NCBI GenBank assembly: GCA_018110905.1
Contig: JAGBAZ010000064.1
Location: forward strand, 63,249 to 95,248
From: Oscillospiraceae bacterium
GTDB taxonomy: Bacteria; Bacillota; Clostridia; Oscillospirales; Ruminococcaceae
Reading direction: 5' to 3'
DNA: 32,000 nt
Of this stretch, positions 7,466-15,608 are shown one piece after another. The position numbers and the translations under genes are program-made. Numbering within the stretch: the first letter of the stretch is position 1; every line of letters starts with the position of its first letter. A model generated the notes under the pieces. It searched no databases. It worked only from the letters and a program-made list of their open reading frames with translations, and was not told the origin of the DNA.

Positions 7466-9286
7466 ATGGGAAAATTTGTTATTGAATGTCCGAACTGCGG
7501 AAGATATGTTGAAGCCAAAACCGGCTTCTTCGCAAAAAAGAAAATTGACTGCGTTTGTGGTCATACAATCAACGTAAAAACCGAAAAATTCGCTTCCAAA
7601 GTCTGTGCTCATTGCGGAAACACCGTTGTTTTCGATCAGAGCAAAGGCGACGACGCAATCTGCCCGGTCTGCCATGAAAAAATCAATACACGGGAGGATA
7701 TGAACAACATCGCGGAATTTACCTGCCCTTCCTGCAACTGCAAACTTACCGCAGATAAATCCGCCGTAAGCTATACCTGTCCTCTTTGCGATACCGTAAT
7801 CGACGTTCAGGAAAGAATCGCAAAAGAAAACGTTAAAAACCAGGGCCTTGCAAGCGTAATCAAATACGAAGGCGACAACAACACCTTTGTATGGAAGCAC
7901 CCCATCGAGGACTTTAACCTCGGTTCCCAGCTTATCGTTCACGAATCCCAGGAAGCGATTTTCTTCCGCGACGGAAAAGCGCTCGACCTTTTCGGAGCGG
8001 GTCGCTATACCCTTGCAACCCAGAATATTCCGCTTCTGGAGGAACTTTATAAACTCCCCACCAATGCTGATGAGGTTTTCCATTCCGAGGTCTATTTCGT
8101 AAATATGACCACCCAGATGGGAATCAAATGGGGCACCGACAGCAAGGTAAGACTTTTTGACCCTGCTTCCGGCTTACATATCGAAATCGGCGCCTGCGGC
8201 AATTTCAGCCTCCGTGTTTCCGATTCCAGAAAGCTTCTTGTAAAACTTGTTGGCACTATGCCGGAATTCAACCAGCACGATGTTATGGGTGTTGAGCCTT
8301 TCGGAATCCAGGTTGTTGTGGGTAAATTCAAGGCTCTTGTTATGAACAAGGTCAAATCCAACCTTGCAAAAGTTATCAAAGAAAACGATATCAACATTCT
8401 TGAAATCGACGCATATATTGACCTTCTTTCCGAAAAACTCCGCGTTGTTATCAACGAAACCCTTGCGGAATACGGTCTTACCATGCCGGAATTCTTCATT
8501 ACTTCCGTTATGACCCCGGACGACGACCCCAACTACAGAAGACTTAAACAGCAGTTCGCCGACAGAACTCTTAAAGTTCGCGAGGAGGAAATCCGCAAAG
8601 CGGAAGCTGAAGCTGCCCACGCAAGAAAACTTGTTGAAGCACAGACCGAAGCACAGCTTAAAATTGTCGGTGCGCAGGGCGAAGCGGAAGCACTTAAGAT
8701 CCAGGCCGCTGCAGAAGCCGAAGCATACAAGGCACAGGCGTTTGCCGAAGCGGAAGAAATGCGAGCAAAAGGCTATACCTATCAGCAGGAAACCGCAAGA
8801 ATGGTCGGAATGGAAGCTATGCAGAACGGCATAACCGGCTCCGGAGATTTTGGCGGCGGTTCTTCCATGCTCGGCGATATTGCAGGCCTTGGAGTAACTC
8901 TCGGCGCCATGGGCGGCGTTATCGGCATGACCAAGGAAGCACTTGACCCAATCATGAAATCCACTTCCGAAATCGGCGCAGGCGTTGTTGCCGCCGCTGT
9001 TTCTGCGGAAGCACCCGCCGCACCGGCAAATGATACATGGGACTGCGCATGCGGTTGCAAAGGAATAAAATCCAAATTCTGCCCCGAATGCGGTGCAAAG
9101 AAACCCGAACCGCCGGCAGCATGGGATTGCCCGGCTTGCGGACTTAAAGGCATAACCTCAAAATTTTGTCCGGATTGCGGAACGAAGAAACCGGAAGCAC
9201 CTGCCGTTTGGAACTGCCCTGAATGCGGATGCCAGGGAATCACTTCCAAGTTCTGCCCGGACTGCGGACATAAAAGGGAGGGTTAA
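7466..9286 (+). CDS. SPFH/band-7 (YdjI-like) protein with three N-terminal and three C-terminal zinc ribbons
   Basis: Start moved to ATG 7466 (AGAGGT upstream; the track start 7448 is TTG). N-terminus has CPNCG..CVCG, CAHCG..CPVC and CPSC..CPLC. The core VIKYEGDNNTFVWKHPIEDFNLGSQLIVHESQEAIFFRDGKALDLFGAGRYTL is typical of the 'virion core protein-like' SPFH family. An Ala/Glu coiled coil and a Gly-rich segment follow, then three CxxC..CPxCG repeats. Confidence 0.85.
   Translation: MGKFVIECPNCGRYVEAKTGFFAKKKIDCVCGHTINVKTEKFASKVCAHCGNTVVFDQSKGDDAICPVCHEKINTREDMNNIAEFTCPSCNCKLTADKSAVSYTCPLCDTVIDVQERIAKENVKNQGLASVIKYEGDNNTFVWKHPIEDFNLGSQLIVHESQEAIFFRDGKALDLFGAGRYTLATQNIPLLEELYKLPTNADEVFHSEVYFVNMTTQMGIKWGTDSKVRLFDPASGLHIEIGACGNFSLRVSDSRKLLVKLVGTMPEFNQHDVMGVEPFGIQVVVGKFKALVMNKVKSNLAKVIKENDINILEIDAYIDLLSEKLRVVINETLAEYGLTMPEFFITSVMTPDDDPNYRRLKQQFADRTLKVREEEIRKAEAEAAHARKLVEAQTEAQLKIVGAQGEAEALKIQAAAEAEAYKAQAFAEAEEMRAKGYTYQQETARMVGMEAMQNGITGSGDFGGGSSMLGDIAGLGVTLGAMGGVIGMTKEALDPIMKSTSEIGAGVVAAAVSAEAPAAPANDTWDCACGCKGIKSKFCPECGAKKPEPPAAWDCPACGLKGITSKFCPDCGTKKPEAPAVWNCPECGCQGITSKFCPDCGHKREG
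9032..9286 (+). repeat. three tandem in-frame zinc-ribbon repeats (~28 aa each) at the SPFH C-terminus
   Basis: DTWDCACGCKGIKSKFCPECGAKKPEPP / AAWDCPACGLKGITSKFCPDCGTKKPEAP / AVWNCPECGCQGITSKFCPDCGHKREG. Confidence 0.9.
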
Positions 9287-9289
9287 TCA

Positions 9290-10009
9290 ATGAAATTCAG
9301 TTTTAACGAACTTGGCAAAAAAGAAAAATCCGTTCTTCTTGTTTACGGAATTGTAGCGTTCATCTGTATTCTTGCATTCATCATTATTCCTTTCCCGAAA
9401 AGCGCTTCCAGCTGGCTTGCGCTTTTGTTCCTACTTGTTTCTTTCTGCGTAAGCCTTTATGCGATGAAACTTGCTTTTGAAAACGGAAAAGAGATCATCA
9501 GCAAAATTTACGGTTTTCCGATTTTCAAAATCAGCGTTTATTACGTTGCTGCCCAGGCAATTTTCAGCGTTCTTGTATGCGTTGTTGCAAGCTTTATCAG
9601 ACTGCCTTATTGGGTAACTCTTCTTGTTTCCGTAATCCTTCTCGGCGCAGCTGTTATCGGAATCGTTATTACCGATAACGCAAGGGATATTATCGAAGAT
9701 ACCGAAAAGAAAGACGTTCGTGATACAAAGAAAATCACTCTTTTCAAAATTGATATTGCCGGAATTGTTGACCGCTGCAAAGACGAAACCGCAAAGAAAG
9801 AACTTGAAAAACTTTCCGAAGCATTCAGATACAGCGACCCGGTTTCCAGCGATGCAACCAAGGAACTTGAGGACGAAATAACCGAAGAACTTGAGGAACT
9901 CAAAAAAGAAGTTGCCGAAAACGATGTGGAAGATATCATCGAAAAAGCAACCGAAATTTCCAACCTTCTTGCAGAAAGAAACAAAGTTTGCAAGGCGTTT
10001 AAGAAGTAA
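9290..10009 (+). CDS. 4-TM membrane protein with acidic helical cytoplasmic tail
   Basis: ATG 9290 lies 3 nt after the SPFH stop, preceded by GGGAGGG. Four hydrophobic helices (VLLVYGIVAFICILAFIIIPF, WLALLFLLVSFCVSLYAM, ISVYYVAAQAIFSVLVCVVASFI, YWVTLLVSVILLGAAVIGIVI) are followed by a D/E/K-rich tail. Confidence 0.8.
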   Translation: MKFSFNELGKKEKSVLLVYGIVAFICILAFIIIPFPKSASSWLALLFLLVSFCVSLYAMKLAFENGKEIISKIYGFPIFKISVYYVAAQAIFSVLVCVVASFIRLPYWVTLLVSVILLGAAVIGIVITDNARDIIEDTEKKDVRDTKKITLFKIDIAGIVDRCKDETAKKELEKLSEAFRYSDPVSSDATKELEDEITEELEELKKEVAENDVEDIIEKATEISNLLAERNKVCKAFKK

Positions 10010-10030
10010 TCAAACAAGGATGCGTTGTTT

Positions 10031-10477
10031 ATGACAGTAAAAGAAGCAAGCCACATTTTTAATCTTGATGAAAAAGAAATTAGAAAAAGAAAACAAGATG
10101 ATATGATTATAGGTGTAAGAAAAGACGGAAAGTTTATTTTTATACCAGATGATACAAAGATTATACCGTCTAAAATAGAAATTAAAGCTTTTTTGTTAGA
10201 AATAATTAAGTATAAAAATAATGATAAAATTGTGTTGGATAGAAGTTTATGCCCAAATAACGACACTTTAATTGCTATTGCAGAATATCTTTATAAAAAA
10301 GGCTTTATCGGTGAATTTGATTATTTTAATAACGCTTACAATTTTTTTGATGAAGTAAAACTCACCGACAAAGGTATAGAGTTCATATTTGAAAAAGAAT
10401 CACAAAAAATTGCCAAATACCAATTTTTTCCCATTCAACTGAACCCAAATAATTCTTTAGTAAGTTTAACATTGTAA
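10031..10477 (+). CDS. small protein with excisionase/MerR-type HTH-like N-terminus
   Basis: ATG 10031 (the track start 10025 is TTG). MTVKEASHIFNLDEKEIRKRKQDDMIIGVRKDGKFIFIPDD resembles the Xis-type winged HTH (..tvkEaa..lgvs..tirr....g.i....g....ip..). The gene is visibly more AT-rich than its flanks. Confidence 0.55.
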   Translation: MTVKEASHIFNLDEKEIRKRKQDDMIIGVRKDGKFIFIPDDTKIIPSKIEIKAFLLEIIKYKNNDKIVLDRSLCPNNDTLIAIAEYLYKKGFIGEFDYFNNAYNFFDEVKLTDKGIEFIFEKESQKIAKYQFFPIQLNPNNSLVSLTL

Positions 10478-10499
10478 AAAATTTTGCGGAGGCATAAAC

Positions 10500-13127
10500 A
10501 TGTCAGTTTTCAAATGTAAAATGTGCGGCGGCGACCTTGAGGTCACCGAAGGAATGAAAGTAGTCGAATGTGAATATTGCGGAACGACCCAGACCGTTCC
10601 GAACAGCGACAACGAAAAGAAAACGAATCTTTTCAACCGCGCAAACAGACTCAGAATCGCAAACGAATTTGACCGCGCGGCAGGCGTTTATGAAAATATC
10701 ATCTCCGAATTTCCCCGGGAAGCAGAAGCTTACTGGGGCCTTTGCCTTTGCAAATTCGGTATTGAATATGTAGATGACCCGAGAACGGCGGAAAAAATTC
10801 CAACCTGCCACAGAACTGCATTTGAAAGCATTTTTGACGACAGCAACTTCAAAACTGCCATTGAGCTTTCCGACCCGGTCGCAAAGAAAGTGTATAATTC
10901 CGAAGCAAGGATAATCGATACTCTTCAGCAGAACATTCTCACCATCGTAAACCGCGAAAAGCCTTTTGACGTTTTCATCTGCTACAAAGAAACTGATTCC
11001 AAAGGCGACAGAACCATGGACAGCGTTCTTGCACAGGATATCTATGATGCCTTGACCGCAAAAGGACTCAAGGTTTTCTTTGCACGCATAACTCTTGAAG
11101 ACAAGCTTGGTCAGGAATATGAGCCCTACATATTTGCGGCTTTGAACAGCGCAAAAATCATGCTTGCCATCGGCACCGCAGAAGAATACTACAATGCTGT
11201 CTGGGTCAAGAACGAATGGAGCAGATTTCTTTCTCTTATGAAGACCGACAGAAGCAAGGTGCTTATTCCTTGCTATAAAGATATCGACGCATACGATATG
11301 CCTGCTGAGTTCAGAAACCTCCAGGCACAGGATATGGGCAAACTCGGCTTTGTTCAGGATCTTACCAGAGGTGTCTGCAAAATCCTTGGGGTTGAGGAGA
11401 AGAAAGAAACTGTTGTTGAAAAAGTTATCGTAAAAGAAGTTATAAAAGAAAGAGTTGTTGGAGCAAGTACACAAAATATTCCGAACATAAATGTAAGCGG
11501 GATTCTTGATTTGGCGTTCGAAGATCTTAAAAATGGAAAATATTTTGAAGCGAGTAAATCTGCGGGAAAGGCGATTGGATTCGACCCGGCTAATGTCAGA
11601 GCGCATCTTTGCAAGCTTTGCGCAGAAATGAGAGTTAACGATATTGAAAAACTTTCCGAGTCGGAAAAAGGTAATATAGAAGATAGCGATTATTACAAAA
11701 ATATACTTTGCATAGCTGATGATGATCTTAAAGAAAAATTAAAAAAACAAGCAAAAATACAAAAAGCAAGATTTGAAGAAAGAAAGCGCAAAGAAGAGGA
11801 ACGCATCGCGGGAGAAAAAAGAAAAGAACAAGAAGAAATACACATTTTTAATGAAAAATGGGAAATAGAAAAAGTTTCTAAGTTTGAAACAGCTGATAAT
11901 TTATTAAGAAATGCAAAAAGGCTGTCAGATTATGATAAAATCAAAGAACTTTTTGTCGGATATGAAGAAATGGACGAAGTAAAAAATCTTTTAGAAGAAG
12001 TGTCCGCACAAAAAAGAGAATGTTACAGAAAGATTGTAAAACATGTTGAAAGTCAGCTTTCTTTTGGCAATCCACATATCGTTTTTCTTAATAAAGGACA
12101 TGCTTATGTTTCAGGTAAATCAACAACTGCGGCATGTGTTAAAAAAAGTGAACTGTGGAATTTAGACAGCATTTGTTTTGTGCTTGACCATTATGATAAT
12201 AATCAGCAGTGGCCGGAATTTGGATTTATCGGCTTTAAAAAGACTGGTGAAATCACTCAGACTAAAGATTCTGATAATGTGAATTCTGAATATAAAAAAA
12301 GTCCGGATTATGATTTTTCGGACTGTACTGAGATAAAAAAAGTATTGGTTTTTGAAGAAAAAGACTATATTACTCTTAAAATCGATGGAACTGTAGTAAA
12401 AAAAGGCGACTATAGCGAAAAAATTTCTCAGTGGAAAGATATTATCGATATCTCGACAAGCGGTAAACATATTGTAGGTTTAAAATCTGATGGTACTGTT
12501 GTTGCAGTAGGAGAAAACGGCAGTAAACAATGTAATGTTTCTGAATGGAAAGATATAGTTGCAATTGAAACTTCTGAAGAGAATACTTTAGGTGTTAAAC
12601 GAAACGGAACTGTTGTGCAAACAGGAAATAAATATGATATTTCAGATTGGAGAGATATCGTAATTGCTGCTAGTGAACGTGATGGTGATATAACAGCACT
12701 TCAAAGCAATGGGGAATTGGTGCATAAAAATAGAAACCAGTCTCGTTATAATTTTAAAAAAGGAAAGATTGCGGGAGTTTTTGCGAATAACTTTAATACA
12801 GTTGTAATTTATTTTGACGGAAGTGCCGAAATTAAAGGAATAGACAACAATAAGCAATGTAACTGTTGGGCGTGCAAGATATTTGATGATGCGGAAGAGT
12901 TTGCGGAACAAAGAGAAAAAATGCTGAAAGAACGGTATGAAAAGAAAATGAGAGAAAAAGCTGAACAGGAAGCCGCCCGCAAAGCTAAAATTGAGTCTCT
13001 TGAAAAAGAAAAAGCAACCCTTGAAGCGGAACTCTCCAACATAAAAGGCCTTTTCAGCGGTGGCAAAAAAGCAAAAGTTGAAGCAAGAATTGCGGAAATA
13101 GAAAAAGAACTCCAAACCTTGAAATAA
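10500..13127 (+). CDS. zinc-ribbon / TIR-domain protein, paralog B; C-terminal RCC1-like repeats
   Basis: RBS GCGGAGG. It has the same N-terminal chassis as paralog A (Glu codon 239 at 11214-11216). The C-terminus carries beta-propeller-type repeats (HIVGLKSDGTVVAVGENGSKQCNVSEWKDIVAIE.., LGVKRNGTVVQTGNKYDISDWRDIV..) and a terminal coiled coil. Confidence 0.85.
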   Translation: MSVFKCKMCGGDLEVTEGMKVVECEYCGTTQTVPNSDNEKKTNLFNRANRLRIANEFDRAAGVYENIISEFPREAEAYWGLCLCKFGIEYVDDPRTAEKIPTCHRTAFESIFDDSNFKTAIELSDPVAKKVYNSEARIIDTLQQNILTIVNREKPFDVFICYKETDSKGDRTMDSVLAQDIYDALTAKGLKVFFARITLEDKLGQEYEPYIFAALNSAKIMLAIGTAEEYYNAVWVKNEWSRFLSLMKTDRSKVLIPCYKDIDAYDMPAEFRNLQAQDMGKLGFVQDLTRGVCKILGVEEKKETVVEKVIVKEVIKERVVGASTQNIPNINVSGILDLAFEDLKNGKYFEASKSAGKAIGFDPANVRAHLCKLCAEMRVNDIEKLSESEKGNIEDSDYYKNILCIADDDLKEKLKKQAKIQKARFEERKRKEEERIAGEKRKEQEEIHIFNEKWEIEKVSKFETADNLLRNAKRLSDYDKIKELFVGYEEMDEVKNLLEEVSAQKRECYRKIVKHVESQLSFGNPHIVFLNKGHAYVSGKSTTAACVKKSELWNLDSICFVLDHYDNNQQWPEFGFIGFKKTGEITQTKDSDNVNSEYKKSPDYDFSDCTEIKKVLVFEEKDYITLKIDGTVVKKGDYSEKISQWKDIIDISTSGKHIVGLKSDGTVVAVGENGSKQCNVSEWKDIVAIETSEENTLGVKRNGTVVQTGNKYDISDWRDIVIAASERDGDITALQSNGELVHKNRNQSRYNFKKGKIAGVFANNFNTVVIYFDGSAEIKGIDNNKQCNCWACKIFDDAEEFAEQREKMLKERYEKKMREKAEQEAARKAKIESLEKEKATLEAELSNIKGLFSGGKKAKVEARIAEIEKELQTLK

Positions 13128-13145
13128 AATCCGGAGGACAGAAAA

Positions 13146-15584
13146 ATGGCAGTATTCAAATGTAAAATGTGCGGCGGTGACCTTGAGGTCACCGAAGGAA
13201 TGAAAGTAGTCGAATGCGATTTCTGCGGAACGACTCAGACTGTTCCCACTGTAAAAGATGAAAATATTCAGAGCCTTTTCAACAGGGCAAATACTCTTCG
13301 TATGAAGTCCGAATTTGACAAAGCGGAAGCAATTTATGAAAAAATCGTGCAAGCAAAAGAGGACGAATGCGAGGCATATTGGGGTATAATTCTCTGCCGC
13401 TATGGTATTGAATATGTGGAGGATCCTAAAACTTTCAAGCGTATCCCCACCTGCCACAGAACTTCCTACGATTCCGTAATTGCGGACGAAGACTATAAAT
13501 CCGCAATAAAATATGCCGATCTCGTCCAGAGAATCGTTTATGAAAACGAGGCAAAGGAAATTGACCGTATTCAAAGGGAGATTCTCGAACTTTCCCAAAA
13601 AGAAGAGCCTTACGACGTTTTTATCTGCTATAAAGAAACGGATTCTGCCGGAAGACGCACTGTTGACAGTGCCATCGCCAACGATATTTACTACCAGCTT
13701 ACCCAGGAAGGCTATAAGGTTTTCTATGCCGCTATCACCCTTGAGGACAAGCTGGGTTCTGCTTATGAACCCTGCATTTTTGCCGCGCTCAATTCCGCAA
13801 AAGTTATGCTTGCCATTGGTACAAAACCGGAATATTTTAATGCCGTCTGGGTGAAAAACGAATGGTCAAGATATCTCCGCCTTATGAAAAACGACCGCAC
13901 AAAACTGCTTATTCCTTGCTATAAGGATATGGATGCCTATGAACTTCCGGACGAATTTGCGCATCTTCAGGCGCAGGATATGGGCAAAATCGGTTTTATC
14001 AACGACATTGTCCGCGGAATCAAAAAGGTTATTGTAAAAGATGAGCAGAAAGCACCAGCTTTTACTGCCGCCGCAGTAGCATCTGCACCTGCAGGAAATG
14101 CTGCACCTCTTCTCAAACGCGCATTCATATTCCTTGAAGATGAGGAATGGGAAAGTGCTGATGAATACTTTGAAAAAGTTCTGGATATGGATCCGGAATG
14201 TGCAGAAGCATATCTTGGAAAACTTTGCGTTGAGCTTGAAGTTACTGATATTGATGAGCTTTCAAACATTAATGATGATTTTGAAAACAGAGCAAATTTC
14301 AAGAAGGCTATTCGTTTTGCAACCGGTGAAGCAAAAAAGAAAATTGATGCGATAATTGAAAACAAAAAGAACAGAATAGAAGAAGAAAAACGCAAAAAAG
14401 AAGAGCAGCTTGCGGAGAAAAAACGCCTTGAGCAGGAAAAAAAGAAAAAAGAGAAGTACTTATTTTTGATTGACAATGTAGAAACATCAACAAATTTTGA
14501 CAGTTTGGAAAATCTTTATCACAGACTGCTTGCTTTGGGAGATTATTTGGATGCGCCCAAATATGCAGAAGAATGCCGTATAAAGATGGAAGAATATGAA
14601 GTCATAGACCGAATTTGGAAAGAATATTCCGAAGCATATGCCGAATATAACTCTGCAAGAAAGGCTCTAGATAACGTTAAAGAAAAATTTTGCAGTGTTG
14701 AAAGTAATTTGACTATCTGGATAAGCGAATTTGAAACTGTTTCTGATGCACGTAATAAATTATTGGATATCGATAAAGAAATTACAGAAACATATAACAG
14801 AATAGTTTTTCTTGCAAAAGAAAAGGAAAATCTTGGAGTTTTTGCTTTTTCAAAAAAGAAAGAAATTTCCGATGAAATTGAAAGACTGGAAGCAAAAAGA
14901 CAAAGGTTGGAATGTGACAGGAAAAAATATAATTCTATAGTTACATGTTCCAAAACAGAAGAAGAATTTAGAGAAAAAATAAAAACTGCAGAGGAAAGCA
15001 AACAATCTGTAGAAAATGAACAGGCTTTTCTTCAGGAAAAAGAAAAAGAGTTCAAAAATAGTTTCGATATTGTAACTGAAAAAGTACTTGATAAAAATGT
15101 ACTTATTAAATTATTTAATTACCAAAATGCAGGTGATGTTCTGCTTTTGAATGAGAGAATAAAGGAATATATTTCGAACGATGAAGAACTTTCCGGACAA
15201 ATAAATACAAACATGGATTATGTGGATGCGGTATCTGATATAGAAGAAATATATTTTGAAGCCTGTGCTCTTCTCAGCAATACCCGTATAAGTAATTCTG
15301 CCGAGCTGGCGCTTGAAAAATTCATGTCTATAAAAGGATATAAGGATTCCAAATTAAAAATTGAAGAATGCAAGAAAAAACTTGGAAAGAACACCGTAAA
15401 ATCAATAAATAAATCCAATACACATAAAAGTATTACGAACGAAAAACGCTGTCCATATTGTGGCTTTTCCTTAGATAATAAAGTGGAGAAATTATTGGAT
15501 CTTTATTTGGAGGGGGAAGATGTTAAATGTCCGGAATGCGGCAGGCTCTTTGATGATGATATAATGATGAAAATTTTAGATTAA
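13146..15584 (+). CDS. zinc-ribbon / TIR-domain protein, paralog C; long coiled coil and C-terminal zinc ribbon
   Basis: RBS GGAGGA; 18-nt gap after paralog B. Same chassis (Glu codon 239 at 13860-13862). The C-terminal half is predicted helical/coiled coil and ends with CPYCG..x22..CPECG. Confidence 0.85.
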   Translation: MAVFKCKMCGGDLEVTEGMKVVECDFCGTTQTVPTVKDENIQSLFNRANTLRMKSEFDKAEAIYEKIVQAKEDECEAYWGIILCRYGIEYVEDPKTFKRIPTCHRTSYDSVIADEDYKSAIKYADLVQRIVYENEAKEIDRIQREILELSQKEEPYDVFICYKETDSAGRRTVDSAIANDIYYQLTQEGYKVFYAAITLEDKLGSAYEPCIFAALNSAKVMLAIGTKPEYFNAVWVKNEWSRYLRLMKNDRTKLLIPCYKDMDAYELPDEFAHLQAQDMGKIGFINDIVRGIKKVIVKDEQKAPAFTAAAVASAPAGNAAPLLKRAFIFLEDEEWESADEYFEKVLDMDPECAEAYLGKLCVELEVTDIDELSNINDDFENRANFKKAIRFATGEAKKKIDAIIENKKNRIEEEKRKKEEQLAEKKRLEQEKKKKEKYLFLIDNVETSTNFDSLENLYHRLLALGDYLDAPKYAEECRIKMEEYEVIDRIWKEYSEAYAEYNSARKALDNVKEKFCSVESNLTIWISEFETVSDARNKLLDIDKEITETYNRIVFLAKEKENLGVFAFSKKKEISDEIERLEAKRQRLECDRKKYNSIVTCSKTEEEFREKIKTAEESKQSVENEQAFLQEKEKEFKNSFDIVTEKVLDKNVLIKLFNYQNAGDVLLLNERIKEYISNDEELSGQINTNMDYVDAVSDIEEIYFEACALLSNTRISNSAELALEKFMSIKGYKDSKLKIEECKKKLGKNTVKSINKSNTHKSITNEKRCPYCGFSLDNKVEKLLDLYLEGEDVKCPECGRLFDDDIMMKILD

Positions 15585-15608
15585 ACTTAACAAGGAAGTG
15601 TTCATAAA

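Noticed and set aside
10503-11606. Long minus-strand ORFs antisense to the TIR genes and other real genes (10503-11606, 12642-13598, 15576-16832, 7367-8083, 8092-8620, 21235-21963, 29058-29738, 30167-31348).
   Set aside because: They are shadow ORFs. Their translations are low-complexity and Phe/Cys/Val-rich with no motifs. They lack RBSs and lie opposite genes with strong family signatures and RBSs.
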